Assembly: GCA_023898665.1 (NCBI GenBank)
Contig: CP060233.1
Coordinates: forward strand, 612,368-676,367
Direction of reading: 5' to 3'
DNA: 64,000 nt
Source of the DNA: Candidatus Nomurabacteria bacterium
Lineage (GTDB): Bacteria > Patescibacteriota > Saccharimonadia > Saccharimonadales > HK-STAS-PATE-42
A model generated the notes under the pieces. That model made no database searches. It saw nothing but the letters and a program-made list of their open reading frames with translations, and was not told the origin of the DNA. The number at the start of each line of letters is the position of its first letter. Within the stretch, counting starts at the first letter, position 1. Made by a program: the position numbers and the translations under genes. Shown in pieces: positions 1-9,437 of this stretch.

Positions 1-893
1 GAGCGCCAAAGTCTTTTAAAAAATCCAAAAAACAAAAAATTGAAAAAATTGAAAAAAGTACTAAGCTTATTGCTGATAGCCTGAAGTTTATTGGTGAGCA
101 TTGGAAGACTCTGACCATAATCTTACTCAGCTATATTGGGGTTTATTTTTTGTTAGCATATGCAACTCCAAATATAAATTTGCCAGATTTGTTTAAACAG
201 GCTAATGACTCAGGAGCTAGCCCAGGCATAGCAGATAAGTTTAAAACTTTATCTGGGGCTTTATTTACTTACAGGAGTGATGCAACTGATTTTGCTCGCT
301 GGGCGCAATTCTTCCTAGCAATAATTTTTAGCTTGATATTTATTTATACGATCAGAAATTTGCACAAGGGCTATAAGTTAAGAGCTCGTGATGCTCTATA
401 TAACGGAACAAGCAATTTAGTGCCTTTTGTATTAAATATGTGTTTTATAGCTATCCAGCTCATCCCATTTACTTTAGTCGGAGTAATTTATAATATCGGC
501 ATGTCTCGAGGACTGTTTATTGGAGCCCTAGAAAAATATACAGCGACAATAGTACTAATCTTTTTTGGACTACTTACTTTCTGGTTTATACCTACGGCAA
601 TAATTTCTCTTTATGCCGTAACAGTACCTGGAGTCTACCCAACAAAAGCCATGCAAGCAGTAAGAATTATGGTCTCTAGAAGAAGATTAGAGGTGGTACG
701 ACATCTCACTGTATTTATATTATTTATCTTCCTTAGCTACTTAATTCTTTTACTTCTTCTTGTTACTTACTTACCAAGATTTGCCAACTTAAGCTTAGAC
801 CTCTTCTTTTTAATCGCTCTACCGCTTATACATGTGATGATGTACAAGCTTTACTTAAAACTTCTTGAAGGAGCCCAAGAGCAAAACATTTAG
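1..893 (+). CDS. polytopic membrane protein of unknown function (5' end outside window)
   Basis: The track ORF starts at TTG 150. The same frame is open from base 3 with no stop (APKSFKKSKKQKIEKIEK...), so the gene probably begins upstream of the window. It has several long hydrophobic segments and no family motif I recognise. Confidence 0.5.
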   Translation, partial: APKSFKKSKKQKIEKIEKSTKLIADSLKFIGEHWKTLTIILLSYIGVYFLLAYATPNINLPDLFKQANDSGASPGIADKFKTLSGALFTYRSDATDFARWAQFFLAIIFSLIFIYTIRNLHKGYKLRARDALYNGTSNLVPFVLNMCFIAIQLIPFTLVGVIYNIGMSRGLFIGALEKYTATIVLIFFGLLTFWFIPTAIISLYAVTVPGVYPTKAMQAVRIMVSRRRLEVVRHLTVFILFIFLSYLILLLLLVTYLPRFANLSLDLFFLIALPLIHVMMYKLYLKLLEGAQEQNI

Positions 894-953
894 ACGACTA
901 ACCAAATAAAAACTGTTAACTTTCTCTATAATATTGTATAATATATAGTTAAT

Positions 954-1751
954 ATGGGAGAGCTAATTAGAATTGGTGCCGAAGATTTTCGAAAAGGTTT
1001 AGGGGCATTAGTAGATCCGGCCGGGGCCCATGTTGCAGAACTAACTCTAAATGGAATGAATGTATTCTATCCAAAACAAGTTGTTGATGTGGATGGTGCA
1101 CAAAAAACAAGAGGAGGTATGCATCTATGCTCTCCATACTTTGGTCTCCCCGACTCAATGAAAGCACTAGGACAACCCCAGCACGGTTATGCAAGAGATG
1201 TTGAGTGGGAGGTCAATGCAGAAAGTAGTAGCTCGGTTAGTTTATCGCATGTGCAGACTGAAGGACCATTTAGTGGCTTAGTGCAACAGATTGAGTATAA
1301 GATTCTACAAGCTGGCGACAAAAGGTTCGATGCGACCCTTTGCGCCATGTTAAGTTTAAGAAACACAAGAAGTCGAGCAGGAGACATTCCTAAATCTGAT
1401 AGAGATATAATTGTAGCTCCAGGATTTCACCCATATTTTGATGAGCTATTTGATCAAACGCTTCATATGAATACACCTAGAAGATCAGATACAGCTAGAA
1501 GAATGGGAATATCTGCTATACAGACAATAAGAACTCAAAGTGATTTAGAAGTTGTTATTTTAACTAGTGGATTGCCAAATCTAATTGAGTGGACTGATGG
1601 CGCTGGGAGATATTCTTGTGTAGAACCTACTTGTGCAGGGGAGTCATTAGACACTTTTGAAGGTGCTTATATTATAAAACCGGGCTTTCAAAAAGATTTT
1701 GCAGTTGAGATTGCAGTTAGGAGAGATGATACCAATCTTTTCATGCTTTAA
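954..1751 (+). CDS. aldose 1-epimerase family protein (hexose-6-phosphate mutarotase-like)
   Basis: 265 aa. GGMHLCSPYFG and QPQHGYARDVEWEV resemble the YeaD / glucose-6-P 1-epimerase family pattern. The call is from motif memory only. Confidence 0.5.
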   Translation: MGELIRIGAEDFRKGLGALVDPAGAHVAELTLNGMNVFYPKQVVDVDGAQKTRGGMHLCSPYFGLPDSMKALGQPQHGYARDVEWEVNAESSSSVSLSHVQTEGPFSGLVQQIEYKILQAGDKRFDATLCAMLSLRNTRSRAGDIPKSDRDIIVAPGFHPYFDELFDQTLHMNTPRRSDTARRMGISAIQTIRTQSDLEVVILTSGLPNLIEWTDGAGRYSCVEPTCAGESLDTFEGAYIIKPGFQKDFAVEIAVRRDDTNLFML

Positions 1752-1781
1752 TATACACTTTGCTAAACTTAATTAGTATAG

Positions 1782-3782
1782 ATGAATAAAAGATCTGCTG
1801 AAAAAAGAATTCATAAGCTTAGGGAGTTAGTTAATGATTATCGCTATCGTTACCACGTGCTTGATGAGAGCACTATGAGTGAGGCTGCTGCAGATAGCTT
1901 AAAACACGAATTAGCTGAGTTAGAAAAAGAGTTTCCAGATCTAGTAACTCCAGATTCACCTACGCAGAGTATTCCGGGTGAGATTGCTAAAGGTTTTAAA
2001 AAAGTTCAACATGCAACTCGAATGCTAAGCTTAAATGATGTTTTCAGCAAAGAAGAAATTGAGGCTTGGGAAGCGCGAGTTCAGAAATTTACTCCTAATG
2101 AAAGGTTAGAGTTTTTTGCCGACATTAAATTAGATGGCTTGGCGTGTTCTCTAGTTTACGAGGATGGACTACTTGTTAGAGGAGCAACTCGTGGTGATAG
2201 TTTTATTGGTGAAGATGTGACTAATAATATTAAAACTTTAGAAAGTATTCCGCTTAGGCTTAATGACTATAAAGATTTTAGCAAAGGAAGAACTGAAGTT
2301 CGTGGAGAGATTGTTATCTTTAAAGATGAATTCGAGAAATTAAATACTAAGCTTAAAGAAGAAGGTTCTAAAACTTACGCTAATCCGAGAAACTTAGCTG
2401 CTGGAACCATCAGACAGCTCGACCCTAAACTTGTGGCCGCACGACCTCTTACTTTTTTTGCTTACGATTTAATCCATGATGGCTTCATAGCAACTCACCA
2501 AGAAGTTTATGAGAGTTTTAAGAAATTAGGTTTTAAGACTTCTGGAGCCTGGCAAACCTTTGAAGATATCGATTCTTTAGAAAAACACATAAGCAGTTGG
2601 TCAGAAAAAAGACAGGTTCTTAAGTTTAATACAGACGGTTTTGTTATTAAGATTAATGATAGAAAAGTATATTCTCAACTTGGAGTTGTTGGTAAAGCTC
2701 CGCGTGGAGCCGTGGCATTTAAGTATCCAGCCGAGCAAAGCACAACTAAAGTTCGAGATATTTTTGTAAGTATCGGTAGAACGGGCTCTGCTACTCCTGT
2801 AGCAATTTTAGAACCAGTAAACTTAGCGGGCACTACAGTCTCTATGGCTACACTTCATAATGATAGTGAGATTAAGCGTAAAGATATTAGAGTTGGTGAT
2901 ACTGTAATTGTAGAAAAAGCAGGAGATATAATTCCGGCCGTAATTGAGAGTTTAAAAGATTTAAGATCCGGTGATGAGAAAGAGTTTAGCTTCCCTAAGA
3001 ACTGCCCAGAGTGTAATACTATTTTAACTAAACTAAAAGAAGATGAGGCTGTTTGGCGCTGTCCTAATAATTCATGCCCAGCAAGAGTGAGTAAGAGAAT
3101 TCAACATTTTGCCTCGCGAGGAGCTTTAGATATTGAAGGTATGGGAGAAAAGAATGTAGAGGCTTTGCTTGATGCTAAGTTAATTAAAGATTCTGCTGAT
3201 CTTTATTCCCTGAGATATGAGGATGTTCTAAATTTAGAAAGGTTTGCGGAAGTTTCTAGCAGAAATCTAATTGATGCGATTAGCGAGAAAAAGAATCCAC
3301 CTTTAGCTAAATTTATTTATGCTTTAGGTATAAGACAGGTTGGATCTCAGACTGCAATTGATCTTGCTGAGAAGTTTAAAAAATTAGAAAGATTAAGCTT
3401 AGCTAATCTGGAAGAATTATTAGAAGTTGAAGGAATTGGAGAGGTTGTAGCAGAAAGTATTTTGGCCTGGTTTGGGGATCCTGAGAACAAAGAACTGCTA
3501 GAAAAGTTTAAAAAGAATAAAGTTGAACCTCAAGAAGTTGAAGAAGTTAGGGGTGGCAAGCTTGAAGGCTTAAGCTTTGTGATAACTGGAAGTATCAGTG
3601 GAATGAGCCGAGAAGAAGCTGCCGATAAGATTAGGGCTCTTGGTGGAACTTTCCAAAGCTCAGTTGGAAAAGGCACAACTTATTTAGTAGCAGGAGGAAG
3701 TGTTGGCGAATCAAAACTCAAAAAAGCCGAACAATTCGGAACTAAAGTAATCGACGAAGAAGAATTTAAACGACTGATATAA
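1782..3782 (+). CDS. ligA: NAD-dependent DNA ligase
   Basis: 666 aa. Adenylation lysine motif ADIKLDGLA, Cys4 zinc finger CPECNT...WRCPNNSCPA, an HhH region, and a C-terminal BRCT-like LSFVITGSISGMSREEA. Confidence 0.95.
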   Translation: MNKRSAEKRIHKLRELVNDYRYRYHVLDESTMSEAAADSLKHELAELEKEFPDLVTPDSPTQSIPGEIAKGFKKVQHATRMLSLNDVFSKEEIEAWEARVQKFTPNERLEFFADIKLDGLACSLVYEDGLLVRGATRGDSFIGEDVTNNIKTLESIPLRLNDYKDFSKGRTEVRGEIVIFKDEFEKLNTKLKEEGSKTYANPRNLAAGTIRQLDPKLVAARPLTFFAYDLIHDGFIATHQEVYESFKKLGFKTSGAWQTFEDIDSLEKHISSWSEKRQVLKFNTDGFVIKINDRKVYSQLGVVGKAPRGAVAFKYPAEQSTTKVRDIFVSIGRTGSATPVAILEPVNLAGTTVSMATLHNDSEIKRKDIRVGDTVIVEKAGDIIPAVIESLKDLRSGDEKEFSFPKNCPECNTILTKLKEDEAVWRCPNNSCPARVSKRIQHFASRGALDIEGMGEKNVEALLDAKLIKDSADLYSLRYEDVLNLERFAEVSSRNLIDAISEKKNPPLAKFIYALGIRQVGSQTAIDLAEKFKKLERLSLANLEELLEVEGIGEVVAESILAWFGDPENKELLEKFKKNKVEPQEVEEVRGGKLEGLSFVITGSISGMSREEAADKIRALGGTFQSSVGKGTTYLVAGGSVGESKLKKAEQFGTKVIDEEEFKRLI

Positions 3783-3793
3783 TTTATAACATA

Positions 3794-4204
3794 ATGAATA
3801 ACCTAGAATTGATTAAAGAGGCAAAAGAAGTCCTTAATCCTTTAAGGATTGGTGATGACTGCGTTGGTGATGTTGGCGCTGCGATACTAACTAGCGATGG
3901 TAATGTATTCAAAGGAGTTTCCGTAGACTTCGGATCCGGTCTAGGATGCTGCGCAGAAAGAATTGCTATTGGTAATATGTTTACAAACAAGTCGTACAAA
4001 ATAAAAAAGGTAGTTGCAGTTTGGAATAATAACCCAAAGAAGGAGTTATTTGTTTTACCACCTTGTGGTGCATGCAGACACTATATGTACAATATCGTAG
4101 AAGATGGAGGAGATATTGAAGTAGTTCTTTCTGCCTCAAAGTCAGTTAAACTTAAAGATCTTTTACCTCTTGGTGGATGGGACGTAGAGAAAGTTAATAT
4201 ATAG
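3794..4204 (+). CDS. cdd: cytidine deaminase family zinc enzyme
   Basis: 136 aa. Zinc-deaminase motifs CCAERIAIGNM and PPCGACRHYM (C/HAE ... PCxxC). The size fits the small tetrameric cytidine / blasticidin-S deaminase type. Confidence 0.7.
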   Translation: MNNLELIKEAKEVLNPLRIGDDCVGDVGAAILTSDGNVFKGVSVDFGSGLGCCAERIAIGNMFTNKSYKIKKVVAVWNNNPKKELFVLPPCGACRHYMYNIVEDGGDIEVVLSASKSVKLKDLLPLGGWDVEKVNI

Positions 4205-4210
4205 AAAACT

Positions 4211-4630
4211 TTGGAAGAAGATAAAAAGGTGATGTGCAAGGTCGCAATTATTTGCGGGACGAAAGTCCTGGTATTAAAGCGCTCTTGGAAGGTCATCTAT
4301 CATCCACATAGATGGGATATCCCTGGTGGAGCAAAAGACTTTGGCGAGAGTTTAGAGGATGCAGCTTCACGAGAATGTCTAGAAGAAGCTGGCTACGAAG
4401 TCGACCCTACTAAGCTTAAATTGATTGATACTCAGTCCAAGGTGCGTGATGGAAAGCCTGCGGAAAGATATTGCTTTGCTTTTTATGCTGAACAGGAATT
4501 TGAACCTAGGTTAAGCTTTGAGCACTCAGAATATAGGTGGCTAGAGATAGGCGAACTAGATGAAGTAAACTTACCAAACTTTTATAAAGATTGTATACGA
4601 GCTTGCTTAGCCGATGTCGAACTTCTCTAG
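4211..4630 (+). CDS. NUDIX hydrolase
   Basis: 139 aa. Nudix box GGAKDFGESLEDAASRECLEEAGYEV. Confidence 0.8.
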   Translation: MEEDKKVMCKVAIICGTKVLVLKRSWKVIYHPHRWDIPGGAKDFGESLEDAASRECLEEAGYEVDPTKLKLIDTQSKVRDGKPAERYCFAFYAEQEFEPRLSFEHSEYRWLEIGELDEVNLPNFYKDCIRACLADVELL

Positions 4631-6367
4631 CTTCTTTTTGGCTTCTTTTGTGCCAGAGTTTTGGAGCTCTAAAAGCTCTGAGTAAACCCCACCAGTTTTG
4701 GCGAGTTCTTTTGGTGAGCCAACTTCATCTATCTGACCATTCTTTAAAGTTACAATAAGATCCGCACCAGAGATTGTTGATAGCCTGTGCGCAATAATAA
4801 TTGTAGTCTTGTTATGCATAAGATTATCAAGAGCAATTTGTACTTCTTTCTCGGCTTTAGAATCTAGTGAGCTTGTTGCTTCATCTAGGATCAGAATTGG
4901 TGCATCTTTTAAAATGGTTCTAGCAATTGCTACGCGCTGTTTTTGACCTCCACTAAGCTTAACTCCACGCTCACCGATATAAGAGTTGTAACCATCTTTG
5001 AATTTAGAGATAAACCCGTCTGCATTGGCAGCTTTTGCTGCTTCCATAACCTGCTTTTTGCTAGCTTTAGGTTTTCCGTAAGCTATGTTTTCTGTAATTG
5101 TTCCGGAAAAAAGTGCGGGTTCTTGTAAGACTAAACCGATTTGTTTACGGAGCGATACTGTCTCTAGATTATTTAGGTCGTGACCATCTAGGAGAATTGT
5201 TCCTGATGATGGATGATAAAGCTTTAGAAGTAGGTGTGCTAACGTTGATTTACCTTGGCCTGATTCTCCAACAAGAGCTACTTTTTGTCCTGGTTTGACC
5301 TCAAAGTTTATGTTTTTAAAAACTGACTCACCTTTTTTGTATGAAAACTCGACATTATTAAACTTAATCTCACCATTTATTTTATCTATGATTTCTGTGG
5401 CAGATCTATCTTCTTCAACCTGGTCTAAAGTTATGAAGTAGTCTCTGGAGCTAGCAGTTGCAGCCTGAAGCTGACTTACTAAATATGAGATCATGAAGAT
5501 TGGAACTCTTACTAAAAGCGAGAATTGAATTAGTGCAACTGTATCACCAATTGTGATTGCTCCAGAATAAAGTTGCTGAACAATAGCTATAAAGACAAGG
5601 CCGAATATTATGTTTACTACAACTTTTCTCTCGACATCTTTCCTATTCCAGAAAATACTTTGCTTTTTATGTATTGGAGTAAGCTTCTCCAAAGTTGAGT
5701 TAAAATACTTATGCTCGCTATCCTCTGATGCAAAACTTTTGATAGTCTTTATGTTACTTATTGCCTCTTGAAAACGTCCAGCAGCGATATCTTTTAATTC
5801 GTTCTTTTGGTTCTCATAATTTTGCCAAGTACCGGAACTTCTAACTGTCATTAGAATATAAACAGGATAAATTGCAAGAAGAACTAGTCCCACAACCCAA
5901 CTAATACTAAATATAAAGAATAGGGAGAATACAGTAGTTGCTATGAATCCTAATAAGTTATTAGAAAAAGCCTGCATAAATGCGGCCAAACCTGTTGTTG
6001 AGCGATTAAGCTTAGAGACAATGGTTCCGGTTAATTCTTGGTCGAAGTAATTCTGAGGTAGTTTTAAAATCTTTTCATAGAACTTATCTGAAAGAAAGTT
6101 TGATATTTTTAAGCTTAACTGGTCACCAAAATATCCATTTACGTTATTAAGAAGTGTTTGAGCAATGTCTGCTATAAATATGGCAAGAACTAATAATAGC
6201 GCTGAGTTCCTGACAAGACTTCCCGAACTAAAGCCGTCTATTAATTCTCTTGTTATCAGCGGCATTACTTGCCCGAGCATGGCTACTGTTAAGCTTAAAA
6301 GCCCAATTGCAAGATAGTATCGCCATAAATGACCAGAGAATTTTAAAATTTTAAAAATACTACGCAT
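4607..6367 (-). CDS. ABC exporter, fused permease/ATPase (MsbA/MdlB-like)
   Basis: 586 aa. N-terminal six-TM exporter domain, then an NBD with Walker A GESGQGKST, signature LSGGQKQRVAIAR and Walker B ILILDEATSSLD. Confidence 0.9.
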   Translation of the reverse strand: MRSIFKILKFSGHLWRYYLAIGLLSLTVAMLGQVMPLITRELIDGFSSGSLVRNSALLLVLAIFIADIAQTLLNNVNGYFGDQLSLKISNFLSDKFYEKILKLPQNYFDQELTGTIVSKLNRSTTGLAAFMQAFSNNLLGFIATTVFSLFFIFSISWVVGLVLLAIYPVYILMTVRSSGTWQNYENQKNELKDIAAGRFQEAISNIKTIKSFASEDSEHKYFNSTLEKLTPIHKKQSIFWNRKDVERKVVVNIIFGLVFIAIVQQLYSGAITIGDTVALIQFSLLVRVPIFMISYLVSQLQAATASSRDYFITLDQVEEDRSATEIIDKINGEIKFNNVEFSYKKGESVFKNINFEVKPGQKVALVGESGQGKSTLAHLLLKLYHPSSGTILLDGHDLNNLETVSLRKQIGLVLQEPALFSGTITENIAYGKPKASKKQVMEAAKAANADGFISKFKDGYNSYIGERGVKLSGGQKQRVAIARTILKDAPILILDEATSSLDSKAEKEVQIALDNLMHNKTTIIIAHRLSTISGADLIVTLKNGQIDEVGSPKELAKTGGVYSELLELQNSGTKEAKKKLEKFDIG

Positions 6368-6382
6368 CTTATTTATTATAAC

Positions 6383-7159
6383 TTAAGCGAGTATTCTGAA
6401 TAACTTTTGCCATTGTTCTAAACTTAATTCTTCTGCTCTGGTCTCTAGGTTTAAGTTTAATTGGGTCAATCTTGTAGAGACCTCTTGTTTCGATATTCTA
6501 AGACCTGCACAGAGATTATTGACTAGAGTCTTTCTGGGTGACGAAAAGCTAAACTTAACAAGTTGAGAATATCTTTTAAAGTCTATGTTAAACAATGTTT
6601 CTTCTCTTGGTTCTAGAATAATAACTTGAGATTTAACTTTAGGCGGAGGAGAAAATGATTCTATACCTACAATAATCCCAAGTTCTGTTTTATAGAAGTA
6701 GTTTATAAGCATAGCAAGTTTATTTGAGTTACCGTTTTCTGGAGACTGCGCCATTTTTTCTGCGACCTCTTTCTGGACTAAAACTACAGCCAGTGACGGC
6801 TTGTTCTTCATCTCAATTAAGTTTCTAAAAAATATACCTGAGATGTAGTAAGGTAGATTTGCTACTAGTTTGTAATTCTTTTGGAGCTCCTCAAAGTTAA
6901 AAGTTCGTATGTCAGAATTTACAACTTCTAGATTAGTTTTGCCTGGGAAGCTTTTTGGTAAGTCTGATGCTAGCTTTTCGTCAAATTCTATTGCTAAAAC
7001 TTTAGCATCAGATTTTAAAAGTTTAGATGTGAGAGTACCTAAACCTGGTCCGACCTCAACGACAAAATCACTTTTATTAAGCTTAGCGTAGTCAGCAATT
7101 GCTTGCAGAATTAATGGATCTTGCAACCAGTGCTGACCAAGCTTTTTATTAGCAGGCAT
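6383..7159 (-). CDS. rsmA: 16S rRNA (adenine1518/1519-N6)-dimethyltransferase
   Basis: 258 aa. KLGQHWL N-terminus, SAM-binding VVEVGPGLGTLT, and NLPYYIS, all typical of KsgA/RsmA. Confidence 0.9.
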   Translation of the reverse strand: MPANKKLGQHWLQDPLILQAIADYAKLNKSDFVVEVGPGLGTLTSKLLKSDAKVLAIEFDEKLASDLPKSFPGKTNLEVVNSDIRTFNFEELQKNYKLVANLPYYISGIFFRNLIEMKNKPSLAVVLVQKEVAEKMAQSPENGNSNKLAMLINYFYKTELGIIVGIESFSPPPKVKSQVIILEPREETLFNIDFKRYSQLVKFSFSSPRKTLVNNLCAGLRISKQEVSTRLTQLNLNLETRAEELSLEQWQKLFRILA

Positions 7160-7161
7160 TT

Positions 7162-8013
7162 TTAAAGACTTTCTAGAACTTTAATGCGCTCTTCAATTGG
7201 AGGGTGTGTTGAAAATAATTTAGATAGAGACGAGGCCTTTAGAGGATTTGCTAAGAATAGATGAGCAGTAGCACTAGATTGAACTTTAAGTTTAGATCCT
7301 TTAGTGCTGATCTTCCTAAGAGCATTAGCAAGTTGTTTTGGTTGGTTAGTTATCTCAGCCCCTGAGAGATCCGCTGCGTATTCTCTCTGCCTAGAGATTG
7401 CGGCTTGGATTAATATTCCAACAAAGCTAGAGAGAATTGAGATTACAATATAGCTTAAGAAGCCACCACGGTTATCATCTCCGAATAATACTGAACGTAA
7501 GAAGAAGTCGAGAATTAAGTTTAGTGATGTAATGCAAGCAAATACAATCATCATTAGACGAATATCGTAGTTTTTGACATGTGAGATCTCGTGCGCAAGT
7601 ACAGCCTCTAGCTCTTCGTCTGATAGAACTTCTAAGATTCCGGTCGTTACTGCTACGTGGGCTTTTTCTGGAGATCTTCCTGTTGCAAAAGCGTTAGCCG
7701 CAGAATCGTTTACAATATAGAGCTTTGGCATCGGCAGTCCTGCTTTTTTTGTTAGACCTTCAACCATTTTAAAGATCTTCGGATAGTCTTTTTTTGAGAT
7801 TTCTTTGGCTCTATTAAGCTTAAGAGCAACTTTAGAGGCTGTAAAGTAGCTGATTAAAGCGTAAACTGCTCCGAAAAGGACTGAATAATAGACTCCGAAT
7901 ATATTGCCAGTAAATTGGTAATAGAGCCAACCTAAAAGGGATGTAAAGGCCAGAAGGCCTACAATAATTAAGTTTGATTTAAGCTTATTTTTAGAACTCG
8001 AATGTGTATGCAT
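7162..8013 (-). CDS. htpX: M48 zinc metalloprotease HtpX
   Basis: 283 aa. TM helices, the HEISHVKNYD (HExxH) motif, and a C-terminal FSTHPPIEERI. Confidence 0.9.
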   Translation of the reverse strand: MHTHSSSKNKLKSNLIIVGLLAFTSLLGWLYYQFTGNIFGVYYSVLFGAVYALISYFTASKVALKLNRAKEISKKDYPKIFKMVEGLTKKAGLPMPKLYIVNDSAANAFATGRSPEKAHVAVTTGILEVLSDEELEAVLAHEISHVKNYDIRLMMIVFACITSLNLILDFFLRSVLFGDDNRGGFLSYIVISILSSFVGILIQAAISRQREYAADLSGAEITNQPKQLANALRKISTKGSKLKVQSSATAHLFLANPLKASSLSKLFSTHPPIEERIKVLESL

Positions 8014-8085
8014 ATGACCCTATTATATCATCTACCTCAGTAAAAGGCACATATAGATATATGGTTTTATCTTACTATTAGAATA

Positions 8086-8628
8086 TTAAGTTGAAGAATC
8101 ACTTGATGCTTTTGCCACTTCTTGCTCCAACTCTTTCCGCCGAGCAATTGCTCTTTGACTTCTAATACGTCTACGTTCACGTTCGCTTAATCCTCCCCAT
8201 ATGCCAAACCTTTCTCCTTTAGACATTGCGTAACCTAAACAATCCTCTCTGACTGCACATCCTTTACATACTTCTTTGGCCTCTCTAGTAGATGCCCCTC
8301 TTTCAGGAAAGAAAAGTTCGGGATCAGTCCCTAAACAATTGGCAAAATCTTGCCATCCATTTGATTCTATTCCGTCTCTTAACACTTTAGACTTTGAAGC
8401 AAAAGAGCCAGCATTACTAGCCCTATGTTCTGATTTATGTTTTCGAAGCGCCTCTTCCGCCTCGTCAGTATAGCCTGGAGGACAATCTTCAGTATCCATT
8501 CCACCCAAATCTGCTTCGATTGACTCTAGATCTTCATCTGATGGCTCAACACCCAGAAAATCATCCAAAGTTGGTGATGGGGAAAAACTACCAGAATATA
8601 AATCTCCACCAGTTGTACCTGCTGCCAT
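8086..8628 (-). CDS. WhiB-like (Wbl) Fe-S transcription factor with long acidic N-terminal extension
   Basis: 180 aa. Four-Cys pattern NCLGTDPELFFPERG...AKEVCKGCAVREDCL, the GIWGG turn, and a basic tail SERERRRIRSQR. One sampled line of this gene is about 47 % G+C, above background. Confidence 0.85.
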   Translation of the reverse strand: MAAGTTGGDLYSGSFSPSPTLDDFLGVEPSDEDLESIEADLGGMDTEDCPPGYTDEAEEALRKHKSEHRASNAGSFASKSKVLRDGIESNGWQDFANCLGTDPELFFPERGASTREAKEVCKGCAVREDCLGYAMSKGERFGIWGGLSERERRRIRSQRAIARRKELEQEVAKASSDSST

Positions 8629-8729
8629 GTTTGCTACCTCTCTTTGTATAGTATTTTAAATGATAAGTTAAGTGCAAAGTAGCTCTAAACTTAACAACAA
8701 TTTTATAGAGAATTAATTTAATTAAATAT

Positions 8730-9125
8730 TTAAGAGGCTGATTTTTTGATGAATTCTGCTTCTTTTTCTAAGGTAACTTTAAGCTCGTAAGATTTACAAA
8801 GAGCATTACTGCAGTCTGCCGGATAGTATCTATACTCTGCTCCTGAGTTGCCAAGCATAATACCATTTGTATCAACGAGTGCTTCTGGATCTATACCAAC
8901 TAAGTTATCCTGAGTTATGACTTCAGGGTACTGACCATCTTTTTTATTAGCCTCTAGGGCAAAGTAAATCGCACTAATATCACGTTTTCGTTGGACATCA
9001 CGAGCATCTGCTGCATTTTGTCTGAGTAAATATGAAAATAATATACCTAGAACGGAAAATATTACTATTACAACTAATAGTTCTAAAGCTGTGTATCCTT
9101 TGTTATCTAGTTTTTTTAGATTCAT
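8730..9125 (-). CDS. type IV pilin-like protein (prepilin-type N-terminus)
   Basis: Leader MNLKKLDNKG is followed by YTALELLVVIVIFSVLGILF (Glu at +5 and a hydrophobic helix). The track ORF start at 9215 would run through tRNA-Gly, so I use the ATG at 9125. The ATG at 9143 is also possible. Confidence 0.7.
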   Translation of the reverse strand: MNLKKLDNKGYTALELLVVIVIFSVLGILFSYLLRQNAADARDVQRKRDISAIYFALEANKKDGQYPEVITQDNLVGIDPEALVDTNGIMLGNSGAEYRYYPADCSNALCKSYELKVTLEKEAEFIKKSAS

Positions 9126-9177
9126 ATTACTTAAGTTTAACATAACTATATACTCTATGTTACAATATAACAGTGAT

Positions 9178-9252
9178 GCGGGTGTGGTATAATGGCTATT
9201 ATTCCTGCCTTCCAAGCAGGCGATGAGAGTTCGATTCTCTCCACCCGCACCA
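9178..9252 (+). tRNA. tRNA-Gly (anticodon UCC), CCA encoded
   Basis: Hand fold: acceptor GCGGGTG/CACCCGC, anticodon arm CCTGC-CTTCCAA-GCAGG, T arm GAGAG-TTCGATT-CTCTC, 3' ACCA. Confidence 0.9.
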
Positions 9253-9281
9253 AGCCTAGGATTTTATAAAAATTACAAAAT

Positions 9282-9330
9282 ACGAGCACGCTTGCTTAGT
9301 TATCGAAGATAACGGCAAGGTGCTCGTTTT
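9282..9330 (+). terminator. hairpin plus T-run downstream of tRNA-Gly
   Basis: ACGAGCACGCTTGC ... GCAAGGTGCTCGT forms a 13-14 bp stem with one bulge and a long loop, followed by TTTT. Confidence 0.45.
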
Positions 9331-9437
9331 AGATCCATGAGTACTTGCTAATTTGCCTGAACTAAGTAACGTTTGCACCGTTTTAATAACACATATACGT
9401 GGTGATCACCTCTTGTAGTGTATAGTTAATTTATGAA

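Noticed and set aside
967-1387. Antisense ORFs 967..1194 and 1187..1387. The same applies to similar short ORFs nested antisense in long genes, such as 20198..20635, 39289..39549, 14073..14342 and 35629..36006.
   Set aside because: They are fully embedded opposite well-supported genes. They have low-complexity or implausible sequences and no motifs, so they are typical shadow ORFs.
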